Source of the DNA: an uncultured Gammaproteobacteria bacterium
GTDB lineage: Bacteria; Patescibacteriota; Patescibacteriia; UBA1558; GWA2-36-10
DNA: 64,000 nt
Reading direction: 5' to 3'
Assembly (NCBI GenBank): GCA_964638415.1
Contig: CAZWYP010000003.1
Coordinates: 1,150 to 65,149 of the forward strand
A model generated the notes under the pieces. It saw only the letters and a list, made by a program, of their open reading frames with translations. It made no database searches and had not been told where the DNA came from. Below, in pieces: positions 7,360 to 16,934 of this stretch. Numbering within the stretch: position 1 is the first letter of the stretch; every line of letters begins with the position of its first letter. A program made the translations under genes and the position numbers.

Positions 7360-9129
7360 TTAATCTCTCTTTAAAACCGCCAAATAAGCAGATTGCGGTA
7401 TGGCCACCTTACCCATGGTAGCCATTCTTTTTTTACCTTTTTTCTGCTTCTCTAACAATTTCCTCTTGCGGGTCACATCCCCGCCATACAGCTTAGCAGT
7501 CACGTCTTTGCGCATCGGCGGAATCTTGTCCCCGGCAATAATCTTGCCGCCAATAGCGGCCTGCAGCTTAATGGCAAATTGGGCCCGGGGCAAAACTTCC
7601 TTCAGCTTGTTAATAATCTTCTTACCCACCTGATGGGCTTCTTCTCGGTAAACCAAGGTAGTTAAAGCCTCTACCGGATCTTCCGCTACCAAAATATCCA
7701 TTTTAACTAAGTCACAGATCTGGTAATCTGCTAAATCATAACTCAAAGAAGCAAAACCGGAGGAAATGCTTTTTATTTTATCATAAAAATCAACTAAGAC
7801 CGAAGTTAAAGGTATGTGGTAGCGCATAATCACCCGCTGTTCGTCTAAATAAATTGTATCCTGCGGCTCGCCCCGCTTACTGGTAATATAAGCCATTAGA
7901 TTACCAATGTAATTTTTGGGCGTTACCACCTCAATATTAACATAGGGTTCGGCAATAAAATCAATTCTGGTCGGATCAGGCATTTCTGACGGCGAAGTTA
8001 AAATTTTATTTTCTCCATTATTTAAATACAGTTGGTAAGCCACAGTCGGAGTCGTTACAATTAAATCCAAATTGTATTCCCTCTTCAGTCTTTCCTGAAA
8101 AATCTCTAAATGCAATAATCCTAAAAAACCACAACGGAAGCCGAAGCCTAAAGCAGAACTTGAAGCTGGTTCAAATTCCAAGCTGGCATCAGTTAATTTT
8201 ATCTTCAGCACCGCTTCTCTTAATCTTTGGTACTCACTGCCTTCCTGTGGAAAAATACCGGCATAAACCATAGGTTTAACCTTCTGGTAGCCGGGTAAAG
8301 CTGGGGTATTACTGCCTTTGGCAATTATTGTATCTCCAACATTAACGCCGGATAATTCCTTAATGCCCGTCACTAAATAACCAATACTGCCGTTGGTTAG
8401 TTCCGAGGCCTTCACCCAAGTAGGACTGAACCAGCCTACTTCTAAAACTTCAGTAGGTTCACCGGTAGCACTAAATTGCACTTTGTCTCCGGTTTTAATT
8501 TCTCCCCCGAATAAACGGATGTAAATAACTACTCCCCGGTATTCATCATAAACAGAATCAAAGATTAAAGCCTGCAGATCTGGCTGGCTGCTTTGCGGCG
8601 GATTGACCTTTTCACAAATCTTATCCAATAATCTATCTACTCCCTGACCGGTTTTACCAGACACTAAAAGAATATCCTCTTCCCGGCAATTAAGCAGGTT
8701 AATAATTTCCTGACTGACAGTTTTAACATCTGCCGCCGGCAAATCTATTTTGTTAATTACCGGAATAATCGTTAAGTTCTGGTCCTGGGCCAAATGCAAA
8801 TTAGCCAAAGTCTGCGCCTGCACGCCTTGGGTGGCATCTACTAATAAAATAGCTCCTTCCACAGCGGCTAAAGAACGGGAGACTTCATAGCTAAAATCCA
8901 CGTGGCCGGGAGTGTCAATGAGGTTCAAAATATAATCTTTCCAGCGCATTCTAGCCGGCTGCAGTTTAATGGTAATCCCCCGTTCCCGCTCTAATTCCAT
9001 CTGATCCAGAATCTGCGCTTTCATTTTGCGCTGCTCTACGGTTTTGGTTAATTCCAACATGCGGTCAGCTAAAGTTGACTTACCGTGGTCAATATGGGCA
9101 ATAATGCAAAAATTTCTGACTTTATCCAT
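7360..9129 (-). CDS. lepA: Elongation factor 4 (LepA)
   Basis: IRNFCIIAHIDHGKSTLADR, DTPGHVDF and NKIDLP GTPase motifs; 589 aa; LepA-specific C-terminal domain. Confidence 0.95.
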   Translation of the reverse strand: MDKVRNFCIIAHIDHGKSTLADRMLELTKTVEQRKMKAQILDQMELERERGITIKLQPARMRWKDYILNLIDTPGHVDFSYEVSRSLAAVEGAILLVDATQGVQAQTLANLHLAQDQNLTIIPVINKIDLPAADVKTVSQEIINLLNCREEDILLVSGKTGQGVDRLLDKICEKVNPPQSSQPDLQALIFDSVYDEYRGVVIYIRLFGGEIKTGDKVQFSATGEPTEVLEVGWFSPTWVKASELTNGSIGYLVTGIKELSGVNVGDTIIAKGSNTPALPGYQKVKPMVYAGIFPQEGSEYQRLREAVLKIKLTDASLEFEPASSSALGFGFRCGFLGLLHLEIFQERLKREYNLDLIVTTPTVAYQLYLNNGENKILTSPSEMPDPTRIDFIAEPYVNIEVVTPKNYIGNLMAYITSKRGEPQDTIYLDEQRVIMRYHIPLTSVLVDFYDKIKSISSGFASLSYDLADYQICDLVKMDILVAEDPVEALTTLVYREEAHQVGKKIINKLKEVLPRAQFAIKLQAAIGGKIIAGDKIPPMRKDVTAKLYGGDVTRKRKLLEKQKKGKKRMATMGKVAIPQSAYLAVLKRD

Positions 9130-9131
9130 GA

Positions 9132-10712
9132 TTATCTGCTAAAAATGGTTTTGGTGATCTTATTCCACAATTTCTTGAATAACTCTACCTCATCCAATTT
9201 GAACACTATACCCAAAATTAGATAAACTATCAAGCCGGAGACTGCGGAAACAATGCCTTGGGTAAAGATGCCCCAAAAAGTCCGCATATCCACTACATTA
9301 GATAATAGCTGTAAGACTAAATAAGCTACTAAACCAGCTACTAAACCATTTAAAGTAATTTTCACTCCCGAAGCAAAAATCGTACTGTCATCTAGCTTGG
9401 TTACCCGGCGATGCAGCAGAATATACAGTAAAAGCATATTAATAATACTGGATATGGAAAAAGCCAAAGCTAAGCCTTCTACCCCCATGATCTGAGATAA
9501 TAAAACTGACAAAAAGATATTCAAAGCAATACTTAATACACTGACATACATCGGCGTCTTAGTATCTTCAAAAGCATAAAATGAACGGGCTAATAATGGG
9601 ATTAAGCCCTGGGCAAAAATTGACAAAGCAAAGAATCCTAAAGACTGGGCAGTGTAATAGGTATTTGACCAGTCAAAAGCACCAGTGCCTAATACCACGC
9701 GGACAATTTGCGCCCGCAAGATAATAATTAAAATGCTTAAAGGAATTAAAGCAAATAATATTCTCCGCAGACTTACTGAAAAATGCTGGGCAAATAAATC
9801 ATCATTCTTTTCGCCAATCGCCTGGGTAAAAGTCGGAAAAACTGCTACAGCTAAAGAGACGGCAAATAGGCTAACCGGCAAACTTTGTAAATTATTGGCT
9901 AGGTTAAAAATAGCAATGCTGCCGGCTGCTAAGTAAGAAGCAATTATAGTAGTGGCCACTAAGTTCATCTGGCTGGCCGCTAAGCCAATGGTTCGGGGAA
10001 TCATTAATTTAATGATCTTCTTTAAATTATGATCCCAGAATAAAGTAAATTGGTAGCGGTAGCCATTGCGCAAAGCTTCTGGCAATTGCACTAGTAAATG
10101 CAAAGCGGCTCCGATAAAAACGCCCCAAGCCAAGCCAGTTAATCCTATTAGCGGATAAAGCCAGACAATGCCTAAAATGATTCCCACGTTATACAAGCTA
10201 GCTGCTACGGAAAAGGTAAAAAACTTTTTCCAGGAATTTAAAATACCGCCAATGACATTGGAGGCGACAAAAAAAATAATGGCCAGCAGCATAATCCTGG
10301 TTAATTCATTGGTTTGCGCCAATTGCCAGTTATTAAACCCGGGAGTAAACCAATAAACCAATTGGGGCGAAAAAATAAAAGCCAAGGCTGCCAATATTCC
10401 TATAATCAGCAGAAAATAATTTAAAACCGCATTAGCCAATAATAATCCTTTATCTTTATTTTCCTGCCAAACTTTCTGAAAAACCGGAATAAAAGCAGAA
10501 GTCAGCGCTCCTAATACTAAGGTATTAAAAATTAAATCCGGCAAACGGAAAGCGGCATAATAAATATCTGACAGTTCCGAAGCACCAAAATTATGAGCAA
10601 TTAAACGTTCTCTAAATAAACCCAGTATTTTTGATAAAAATGAAAAAAAGGCGATTAATAAAGCGCCTCCGGCTACGGTGTTGTTGATTTTTTGCCAAAG
10701 CTTAAACCACAT
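9132..10712 (-). CDS. murJ: Lipid II flippase MurJ/MviN (MOP superfamily)
   Basis: 526-aa polytopic protein. N-terminus LSKILGLFRERLIAHNFGASELSDIYYAAFRLPDLIFN is characteristic of MurJ. Confidence 0.85.
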   Translation of the reverse strand: MWFKLWQKINNTVAGGALLIAFFSFLSKILGLFRERLIAHNFGASELSDIYYAAFRLPDLIFNTLVLGALTSAFIPVFQKVWQENKDKGLLLANAVLNYFLLIIGILAALAFIFSPQLVYWFTPGFNNWQLAQTNELTRIMLLAIIFFVASNVIGGILNSWKKFFTFSVAASLYNVGIILGIVWLYPLIGLTGLAWGVFIGAALHLLVQLPEALRNGYRYQFTLFWDHNLKKIIKLMIPRTIGLAASQMNLVATTIIASYLAAGSIAIFNLANNLQSLPVSLFAVSLAVAVFPTFTQAIGEKNDDLFAQHFSVSLRRILFALIPLSILIIILRAQIVRVVLGTGAFDWSNTYYTAQSLGFFALSIFAQGLIPLLARSFYAFEDTKTPMYVSVLSIALNIFLSVLLSQIMGVEGLALAFSISSIINMLLLYILLHRRVTKLDDSTIFASGVKITLNGLVAGLVAYLVLQLLSNVVDMRTFWGIFTQGIVSAVSGLIVYLILGIVFKLDEVELFKKLWNKITKTIFSR

Positions 10713-10713
10713 T

Positions 10714-13206
10714 TTATCTAACCGTTACAATAAAACCAAAATACTGGTCGGAAATAAGCTGGTCAGTAAAAGTCACCAGATGATCATTAATGCTCATCTG
10801 TTCTTCTGCTGAAGACTTATTCCAGACTACTTTTAAATTGCTAGGCAAAAGAATAGAAGAATTAAATACGGTATTACGGTCTCCAGATTGGCTTTGCACT
10901 AATAAACTGTAATTATCCAATTCAATATCTCCGGTTAATAAAGTCTGCCACCAATTATTAACAGTTTGGTTGGCAATGCTTAATTTAAAAGGCAGTTTGT
11001 ATTTCAGGGAAACAGTTTGAGTTTCCCCCGGAGCTAAGGCTACCCAGTTGGCAAACACTGTCTTTCCTAAACTAGAAAAAATTTCTGTCTGGCTAGCAAT
11101 ATCAATCATCTTGTTTTCTTCCTGCTCAATACTGTCATCACTCTGTGTTCCTTCTGCCACATTTTGGAAATAGTTCTCCGGCCAACTATCAAAACCAGCG
11201 GCGGAAATAAATTCACTGCCCAAAGGAACATGAACTCGCAAATAGCTTACATTCCCGCCATTAATACCTGCTAAAATATTCCCTGCCGAACCGCGATTGG
11301 TTCTGGTAATCTTAATCGTATTAATAATCTCTCCATTATTGGCAATTTCCGCCTGATGTTCAATAGTTTGGTAAATATCCTTATCTGTTTTACCGCCGCC
11401 AATATTAGTACTTACCACTTGCAGATAATCCCGGCTAGCCGGCAATACTGAACCAGACCAGCCATATTCAAAAACTTTTTCCTGGATATTCTTATTATTT
11501 AAATATAATTGAATATCTTTAGTCGCCAATTCTTGCGCTAGAGCCGCCACAATCTCCTTGTGCTTATCTGAACTGTTTAAAATTATCTCTAATAACTTAG
11601 GAGCTAATTCAGCAATAATCGCTTTCGGCTGATTAAGCTCTTTATCATAATTCAATTCAACTTCTTCCTGTAAAACCTTAAAAACATTCTCACTGGAAAT
11701 AGTGACTTCATATTCCGGCATATATACTGGACCGGTAATAACCAGGAGATCTTGTAAAACATTAGCATTAACCGCGATCACCCCGTCCACTGAAGAACCT
11801 CCGGCATTGGCAAAAAACCATTCAATTTTTTGAGCAGAAGTGGGAAAATCTGACCACCAGTTAGCGTCCCAAATATTAAAATAAGGGTTAATTAAAGACA
11901 AGGCTTTGGGAGATTTCATTTTTACTGTTTGTCCAGCCGTTAAATCATAAGAACCGCCCTTAGGTATTTCTAAATTCTTAATCTGTCCCTGATACATATC
12001 AATTAAGGCAAAGCTACCAATAAAGCCTCCAGTTGCTCTTAATTCATTATTATTTTGGAATAATAACAAATAGCGCTTTTCTTGACCGTGTCCTAAAACT
12101 TCCAACAAAACATCAAAAATCTGATTTAAATTATCCAGACTTATTACCATATCCGGCAAGTAATTCTCCAGGGTGGTAAAATAATCCTGTAATTCTTTAG
12201 GCAACCGACTGATATTAATATCATCAATGTCTTCAGCGGCCGCTGTTAAATAAGGCAGGGTTTTGCTAATCTGCTCCTGAATGAATTTTATCTGATCAGT
12301 CAGGCTGCTCTGACTTTGTAATTTAGTATTTAAAATCAAAGCCGCTTGGGAAATATTTTCACCTACGCTTAATAAATTCTTACTAACCGCTAAAGGCTTA
12401 CCTACTACCGGTAATAACTCACCAGTCTTTAACAGCCACTGCTCATATTCGTTTAAAACACTCTGTATTTCTTCAAAATTAGCCAGCGCTTGCTGAAAAT
12501 TAGCTGAAGCTTGATCATAATAATTTTCGGAAGCAGAAATAGCTCCGCTCTGCAGATTAAACAAGCCAGTCTGGCCCAGCTGCCAAATCCGATCTTTATC
12601 TTTGCTTAATTTGCCAAATAATACTAATCCCCTAATAGGCAGTAATAGAACAAAAATAATTAGAGCAAAAGCAATTAACTGCCTGCCTATACCATTAAAA
12701 CTCCAGCGCCAGGTTGGTAATTGCCAAGTTTTAGTTTGTTTAATTGGACGATAATACTCAATATTCTCCTCTGCTTCTGTTTTTTGGAAAAGCTTCTGCC
12801 ATTGATTACTAGCTTTTTCTTGCCATAGCTGCCAGTTTTCCAAATATTTAGTCTTGGCTTTTTCTGCTTCTTTACTGGCTATAATTTCCCGCAGATTAAG
12901 GATATTGCTGGAAACTTGAATTTTATCCCTACTAACTTTGGTTATTGTTGAACGAACTCTGGCATCCTCTGCCGCTCTCTGAACTAAGGCTTCTTGTTCA
13001 GCCTTATTTTCTTTAAATTTAAGAATGGCATTATCAGAAACTAAATCCTGCTTAATTAACCTGTCCAGCGCCGCTAAAGCTGCTCGTCGGTCAATACCGG
13101 GAGATTTTTCCTGATTATCATCTAACAAAAAATCATCTAGATTATCCACTAGCTGTTTTCTGATCTCAAACAATTTCTGTTTCTTGCTATGTTTTCCTAA
13201 AGACAT
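10714..13206 (-). CDS. Large membrane-anchored DUF4012-like protein (N-terminal coiled-coil, one TM, large extracytoplasmic domain)
   Basis: 830 aa. TM helix LIAFALIIFVLLLPI. Conserved LLLFQNNNELRATGGFIGSFA motif, which I recognise as the DUF4012 hallmark found next to polysaccharide loci. Confidence 0.55.
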   Translation of the reverse strand: MSLGKHSKKQKLFEIRKQLVDNLDDFLLDDNQEKSPGIDRRAALAALDRLIKQDLVSDNAILKFKENKAEQEALVQRAAEDARVRSTITKVSRDKIQVSSNILNLREIIASKEAEKAKTKYLENWQLWQEKASNQWQKLFQKTEAEENIEYYRPIKQTKTWQLPTWRWSFNGIGRQLIAFALIIFVLLLPIRGLVLFGKLSKDKDRIWQLGQTGLFNLQSGAISASENYYDQASANFQQALANFEEIQSVLNEYEQWLLKTGELLPVVGKPLAVSKNLLSVGENISQAALILNTKLQSQSSLTDQIKFIQEQISKTLPYLTAAAEDIDDINISRLPKELQDYFTTLENYLPDMVISLDNLNQIFDVLLEVLGHGQEKRYLLLFQNNNELRATGGFIGSFALIDMYQGQIKNLEIPKGGSYDLTAGQTVKMKSPKALSLINPYFNIWDANWWSDFPTSAQKIEWFFANAGGSSVDGVIAVNANVLQDLLVITGPVYMPEYEVTISSENVFKVLQEEVELNYDKELNQPKAIIAELAPKLLEIILNSSDKHKEIVAALAQELATKDIQLYLNNKNIQEKVFEYGWSGSVLPASRDYLQVVSTNIGGGKTDKDIYQTIEHQAEIANNGEIINTIKITRTNRGSAGNILAGINGGNVSYLRVHVPLGSEFISAAGFDSWPENYFQNVAEGTQSDDSIEQEENKMIDIASQTEIFSSLGKTVFANWVALAPGETQTVSLKYKLPFKLSIANQTVNNWWQTLLTGDIELDNYSLLVQSQSGDRNTVFNSSILLPSNLKVVWNKSSAEEQMSINDHLVTFTDQLISDQYFGFIVTVR

Positions 13207-13315
13207 AAAAGATTAAATATATTATAACAGATTTATCTTAAAATTCAAAGAGATAAAAATAATTATGATTGACAAATTATTAAATTAAAACTAAGATGAG
13301 TTATTAAAACGTTCC

Positions 13316-13594
13316 TTGCCATCAAAAAAGGGCGCCACCGTGTGGAAAAAAATAGTCTTTCTACTGATTTGGCTGGCTTTTTGGACTGTCCTGGGCTGGA
13401 AATTAAATGAGCCGGTAATCATCCCTGCTCTCAACTATGTTCTCCATTGGTTTGGATTATACTTAGAACCAAGTAATTTCACCGGGCCAATAGCTGGAAT
13501 AATTGCCGGAGTAAAATGGTATTTCACCCTAATCGGCATTCGCCTGCTGGCCAGAGAGAACATCAGGAAATTCCTTGCCCGCTTTGTATTTTAA
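13316..13594 (+). CDS. Small hypothetical membrane protein (may start at the internal GTG/ATG)
   Basis: 92-aa ORF with three hydrophobic segments. Only plus-strand ORF in a minus-strand block. Followed immediately by a strong hairpin terminator. Confidence 0.35.
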   Translation: MPSKKGATVWKKIVFLLIWLAFWTVLGWKLNEPVIIPALNYVLHWFGLYLEPSNFTGPIAGIIAGVKWYFTLIGIRLLARENIRKFLARFVF

Positions 13595-13621
13595 AACCCC
13601 AGAGTAAAAACTGGGGTTTTA
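13594..13621. terminator. Bidirectional rho-independent terminator
   Basis: AAAACCCCAG-agtaaaaa-CTGGGGTTTT perfect hairpin with A/T runs on both sides, between convergent genes. Confidence 0.75.
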
Positions 13622-14743
13622 TCTTTTTAACAAAGAATCGTAAATACTAATTATTTCCTTAGCCATCCTTTTCCAGGAATACAATTTAATCTGTTCTAAA
13701 CCTAATTGGCGCAAGCGCTCGCGCAAAACATTGTCCTTGGTAATTAATTCTAAACTGGCTAATAAATCATTGTCACTCGAAGGATTAAAATATAAAGCGG
13801 CTGAGCCCAATACTTCCGGCAAAGAACTGGAACGAGCAGCCAGCACCGGTAAACCATAAGCCATTGCTTCCAATGGCGGTAAGCCAAAGCCCTCGTAATG
13901 GGAAGGAAAAACATAGGCTGTTGCCTGCTGGTAATATCCCGACAAATCCTGGTCAGAAACAAAACCAGAAAAGATAATCTTTTTTTGTCCAGCGCCAAAT
14001 AATTTAACGGCATATTCCTCTAAACGATTATAAAAATAATTCTTACTACCCACTAAAACTAAGGAATATTCTGGATGCTGTTTATTAAATTCTTTAAACC
14101 CTCTAATTAAAAATTCTAAATTTTTATGAGGATAGGCATTGCCGACATACAGCAGGAATTTCTCCGGCAAAGGTTGTTTTATTTCCCGGTAAATATCCGG
14201 CACAGTAATCCCTTCATAAACAACTTTGATCTTATTGGCTTCTTGAGAAGATAATTGCCAATAATTTTTAATATCTTGAGCAGAAAAATTAGAGACGGTA
14301 ATAATCGCCTGGGCTTGCCTAATCGCCTTGCTGATTACCAAAGCATAAGCCGCCCGCTTAAATAAGAAAAAGAATTTATTCAAAGTGCTAGCGCGTTGGG
14401 AAGGATATTTGGTCATGATTAAATCATGGATAGTCACAATGAATTTGCCAAAATAAAAATAAGGAATATTAAAATGGGGGAAATGAACTAAGTCCGGCCG
14501 CAATTTACGCAATAACCAAGGCAATTGCCACTGCTCTTTTAAGCTATACCAATGACAATTGCAAACGGTGGCGGAAAAATTAGCCGGCAGTATCGGTAAT
14601 TCATCCCGATGCTCTCCCTTAACCAAAACGATATATTCATTATCCTGATCATCTTCAACCAAACCAGCTAATAATTGCTGATTATACCTCCCTAGACCGC
14701 CATATTTCGGTCCATAGATTCGTAAATCCAAAACTATCCGCAT
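13619..14743 (-). CDS. Glycosyltransferase, family GT4 (GT-B fold)
   Basis: C-terminal EGFGLPPLEAMAYGLPVLAARSSSLPEV (the E-x7-E region of retaining GT4 enzymes). Confidence 0.85.
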   Translation of the reverse strand: MRIVLDLRIYGPKYGGLGRYNQQLLAGLVEDDQDNEYIVLVKGEHRDELPILPANFSATVCNCHWYSLKEQWQLPWLLRKLRPDLVHFPHFNIPYFYFGKFIVTIHDLIMTKYPSQRASTLNKFFFLFKRAAYALVISKAIRQAQAIITVSNFSAQDIKNYWQLSSQEANKIKVVYEGITVPDIYREIKQPLPEKFLLYVGNAYPHKNLEFLIRGFKEFNKQHPEYSLVLVGSKNYFYNRLEEYAVKLFGAGQKKIIFSGFVSDQDLSGYYQQATAYVFPSHYEGFGLPPLEAMAYGLPVLAARSSSLPEVLGSAALYFNPSSDNDLLASLELITKDNVLRERLRQLGLEQIKLYSWKRMAKEIISIYDSLLKR

Positions 14744-15849
14744 TGGTTGAATAAATCAATAATCTTTTGAGCTTGTTTAGTCCAGTCAGTTAAGGGAAAA
14801 TCCTTGGCTGAAGCAACTAAATTGTCTTTTAACTTAATATCTTCTCTTAAAGCTTTTAGCAAAAAATATATCTCCGCTGAATTATAGGGATCAACATATA
14901 AAGCTTGCTTTCCCATAATCTCCGGCAAAGAAGTTTTGAAACTGACAATTACCGGCTTATGGTAATAAGTAATCTCTAAAGGAGGAAAGCCAAAACCTTC
15001 ATAAAAAGACGGCCAAATCAAGCCTTCGCTTAAATAATATATAGCATCTTTAAGAGGGCTATCTACAAATCCTAAATACTTAATATATGGCCTAGCCTTA
15101 ATTTCTCTTAACAATTTCCTATAAACCCAGCCTAAGTTGCCAATTAATACCAAGCCAGTGTCTGGATAATCCTTATGGTAGCGGTCAAAAGCCTGGATAA
15201 TACTAGGCACATTCTTCCGGGGCTCTAAGGTACCTAAAAACATGAAATATTTTTCTGGCAAATCTAAATTAGCCGTATACTTTCTAGCTAGAGATTCATT
15301 CATTTCCACTGAATTAATACCGGGATAAATAGTAGTTATTTTATCCGCTGGCACGGAAAAGCGGCGGATAATATCCCGTTTGGTATTATGGGATACTGCA
15401 ATTATCTTATATGACTTGTAAATTAACCGATTAACTTTAATCAAATAATGCCATAAGCGCCGGCGCCAGGAATAAAAGCTGTCACTATGCAGAAAAGATA
15501 AATCATGGACGGTAAAGATAACTTTAATATCATTGCTGAATTTGTAAAAATGCAAGTTGGGCAGCCAGAATAAATCAAGCGGTACTGGAAAATACTTATC
15601 TAGCGGCCGGCCCATTTTAAATAATAACAAGGCATTAAAAAGCTTATTGGGTATTTTTACATGAATATGCTTAACATGAGGAAGTTGCCAGTCTGACGGA
15701 ATGCTAAATTCCCTAAAACCAGAGCTTAAAAGGTAATATTTATTTTCCCGATCCAATGCCAAAATCCGGCTAATCGCATTATAAACATAATTACCGACGC
15801 CGCTAATCTTTTGATGCATAATTGGCCTGATGTCTATCCCGATATTCAT
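14734..15849 (-). CDS. Glycosyltransferase, family GT4
   Basis: EGFGFPPLE motif. 10-bp overlap with the downstream GT, consistent with an operon. Confidence 0.8.
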   Translation of the reverse strand: MNIGIDIRPIMHQKISGVGNYVYNAISRILALDRENKYYLLSSGFREFSIPSDWQLPHVKHIHVKIPNKLFNALLLFKMGRPLDKYFPVPLDLFWLPNLHFYKFSNDIKVIFTVHDLSFLHSDSFYSWRRRLWHYLIKVNRLIYKSYKIIAVSHNTKRDIIRRFSVPADKITTIYPGINSVEMNESLARKYTANLDLPEKYFMFLGTLEPRKNVPSIIQAFDRYHKDYPDTGLVLIGNLGWVYRKLLREIKARPYIKYLGFVDSPLKDAIYYLSEGLIWPSFYEGFGFPPLEITYYHKPVIVSFKTSLPEIMGKQALYVDPYNSAEIYFLLKALREDIKLKDNLVASAKDFPLTDWTKQAQKIIDLFNQCG

Positions 15850-16934
15850 AACTGCTCAAGAAAATTCAAAATCTTATGCTTAAAAATCTGCTCATCAAAT
15901 TGTCTGGCATGTTCCCGGATTATCTGCTGATCAAACTGATCGGCTTGGAACCGCAAAATCGCATGCGTTAAAGAAGCCCAGTTCTGATGATTAAAAAACA
16001 TTCCCGTCTTATGTTCAACAACAGTTTCCAAAGCGCCGCCACGGGCATAAGCAATTACCGGACGGCCGGAAGCCATTGCTTCCAAAGCAGAAATGCCAAA
16101 GTCTTCAACTTGCGGATAAATAAAAGCCCGACAGCGTGCTAAATAATAATTTCTGTCTTGATCAGACAACTCTCCTAAAAATTCAATATTACTGTAGGCT
16201 TGGCGCTTTAATCTTTTTAATTGCGATCCGTCACCAATAATCTTTAATGGCAACTTCAAATTATTAAAAGCCTTAATAGCTAAATCCACTCGCTTGTAAG
16301 GACGCAAGCGGCTGACGATTAAATAATAATCACCGATTTCTTCGCTCGGTGCTAAGGTAAAATCATCCACTCTGACTGACGGATGAATAACCGCTGCTTC
16401 CCGCTGGTAATGCTTCTTTATTTTCTCCGCAATAAATTCAGAATTAGCAATAAAATAATCCACCGCCTGCGCTTTCTTAAAATCCCAAGCCTGCAAATAA
16501 TTCAAGATCTTGGGCAAAAATAGCTTTAAAATTGGACTGACTGGCAGATTACCAACGTATTCTTCCATATCATCCCATAAATAACGAGCGGAAGTATGGC
16601 AATAGCAGATATGCTTGGTTTGCTCTCCTTTTTTCAAGCCTTTAACAAAGCCAGAAGATGAACTAATTACTAGGTCGTATTCAGATAAATCCGTCTGTTC
16701 CCAGACTTTAGGCATTAAAGGTAAAAAAGATTTAAACAATAAATTAATGCCGGGTATTTTTTGCAAATAGGAAGCCTTAATGCGCTGCTGGTCGAATAAA
16801 TTTTTAGATACTTGGGGATTGTTAATTAAAGTATAAATCGGAGCAGCATCATGCAAATCGGCTAAAATAGCTAGAACTTTTTCTGCTCCGCCGTTTTGAA
16901 ACAAATGATCATGCGCTAAAGCAACCCTCTTCAT
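15846..16934 (-). CDS. Glycosyltransferase, family GT4
   Basis: EDFGISALEAMASGRPVIAYARGGALE motif. 4-bp overlap with its neighbour. Confidence 0.85.
   Translation of the reverse strand: MKRVALAHDHLFQNGGAEKVLAILADLHDAAPIYTLINNPQVSKNLFDQQRIKASYLQKIPGINLLFKSFLPLMPKVWEQTDLSEYDLVISSSSGFVKGLKKGEQTKHICYCHTSARYLWDDMEEYVGNLPVSPILKLFLPKILNYLQAWDFKKAQAVDYFIANSEFIAEKIKKHYQREAAVIHPSVRVDDFTLAPSEEIGDYYLIVSRLRPYKRVDLAIKAFNNLKLPLKIIGDGSQLKRLKRQAYSNIEFLGELSDQDRNYYLARCRAFIYPQVEDFGISALEAMASGRPVIAYARGGALETVVEHKTGMFFNHQNWASLTHAILRFQADQFDQQIIREHARQFDEQIFKHKILNFLEQL

Noticed and set aside
13759-14013. 84-aa ORF nested in the glycosyltransferase gene on the same strand but a different frame
   Set aside because: Alternative-frame artefact inside a well-supported GT4 gene.
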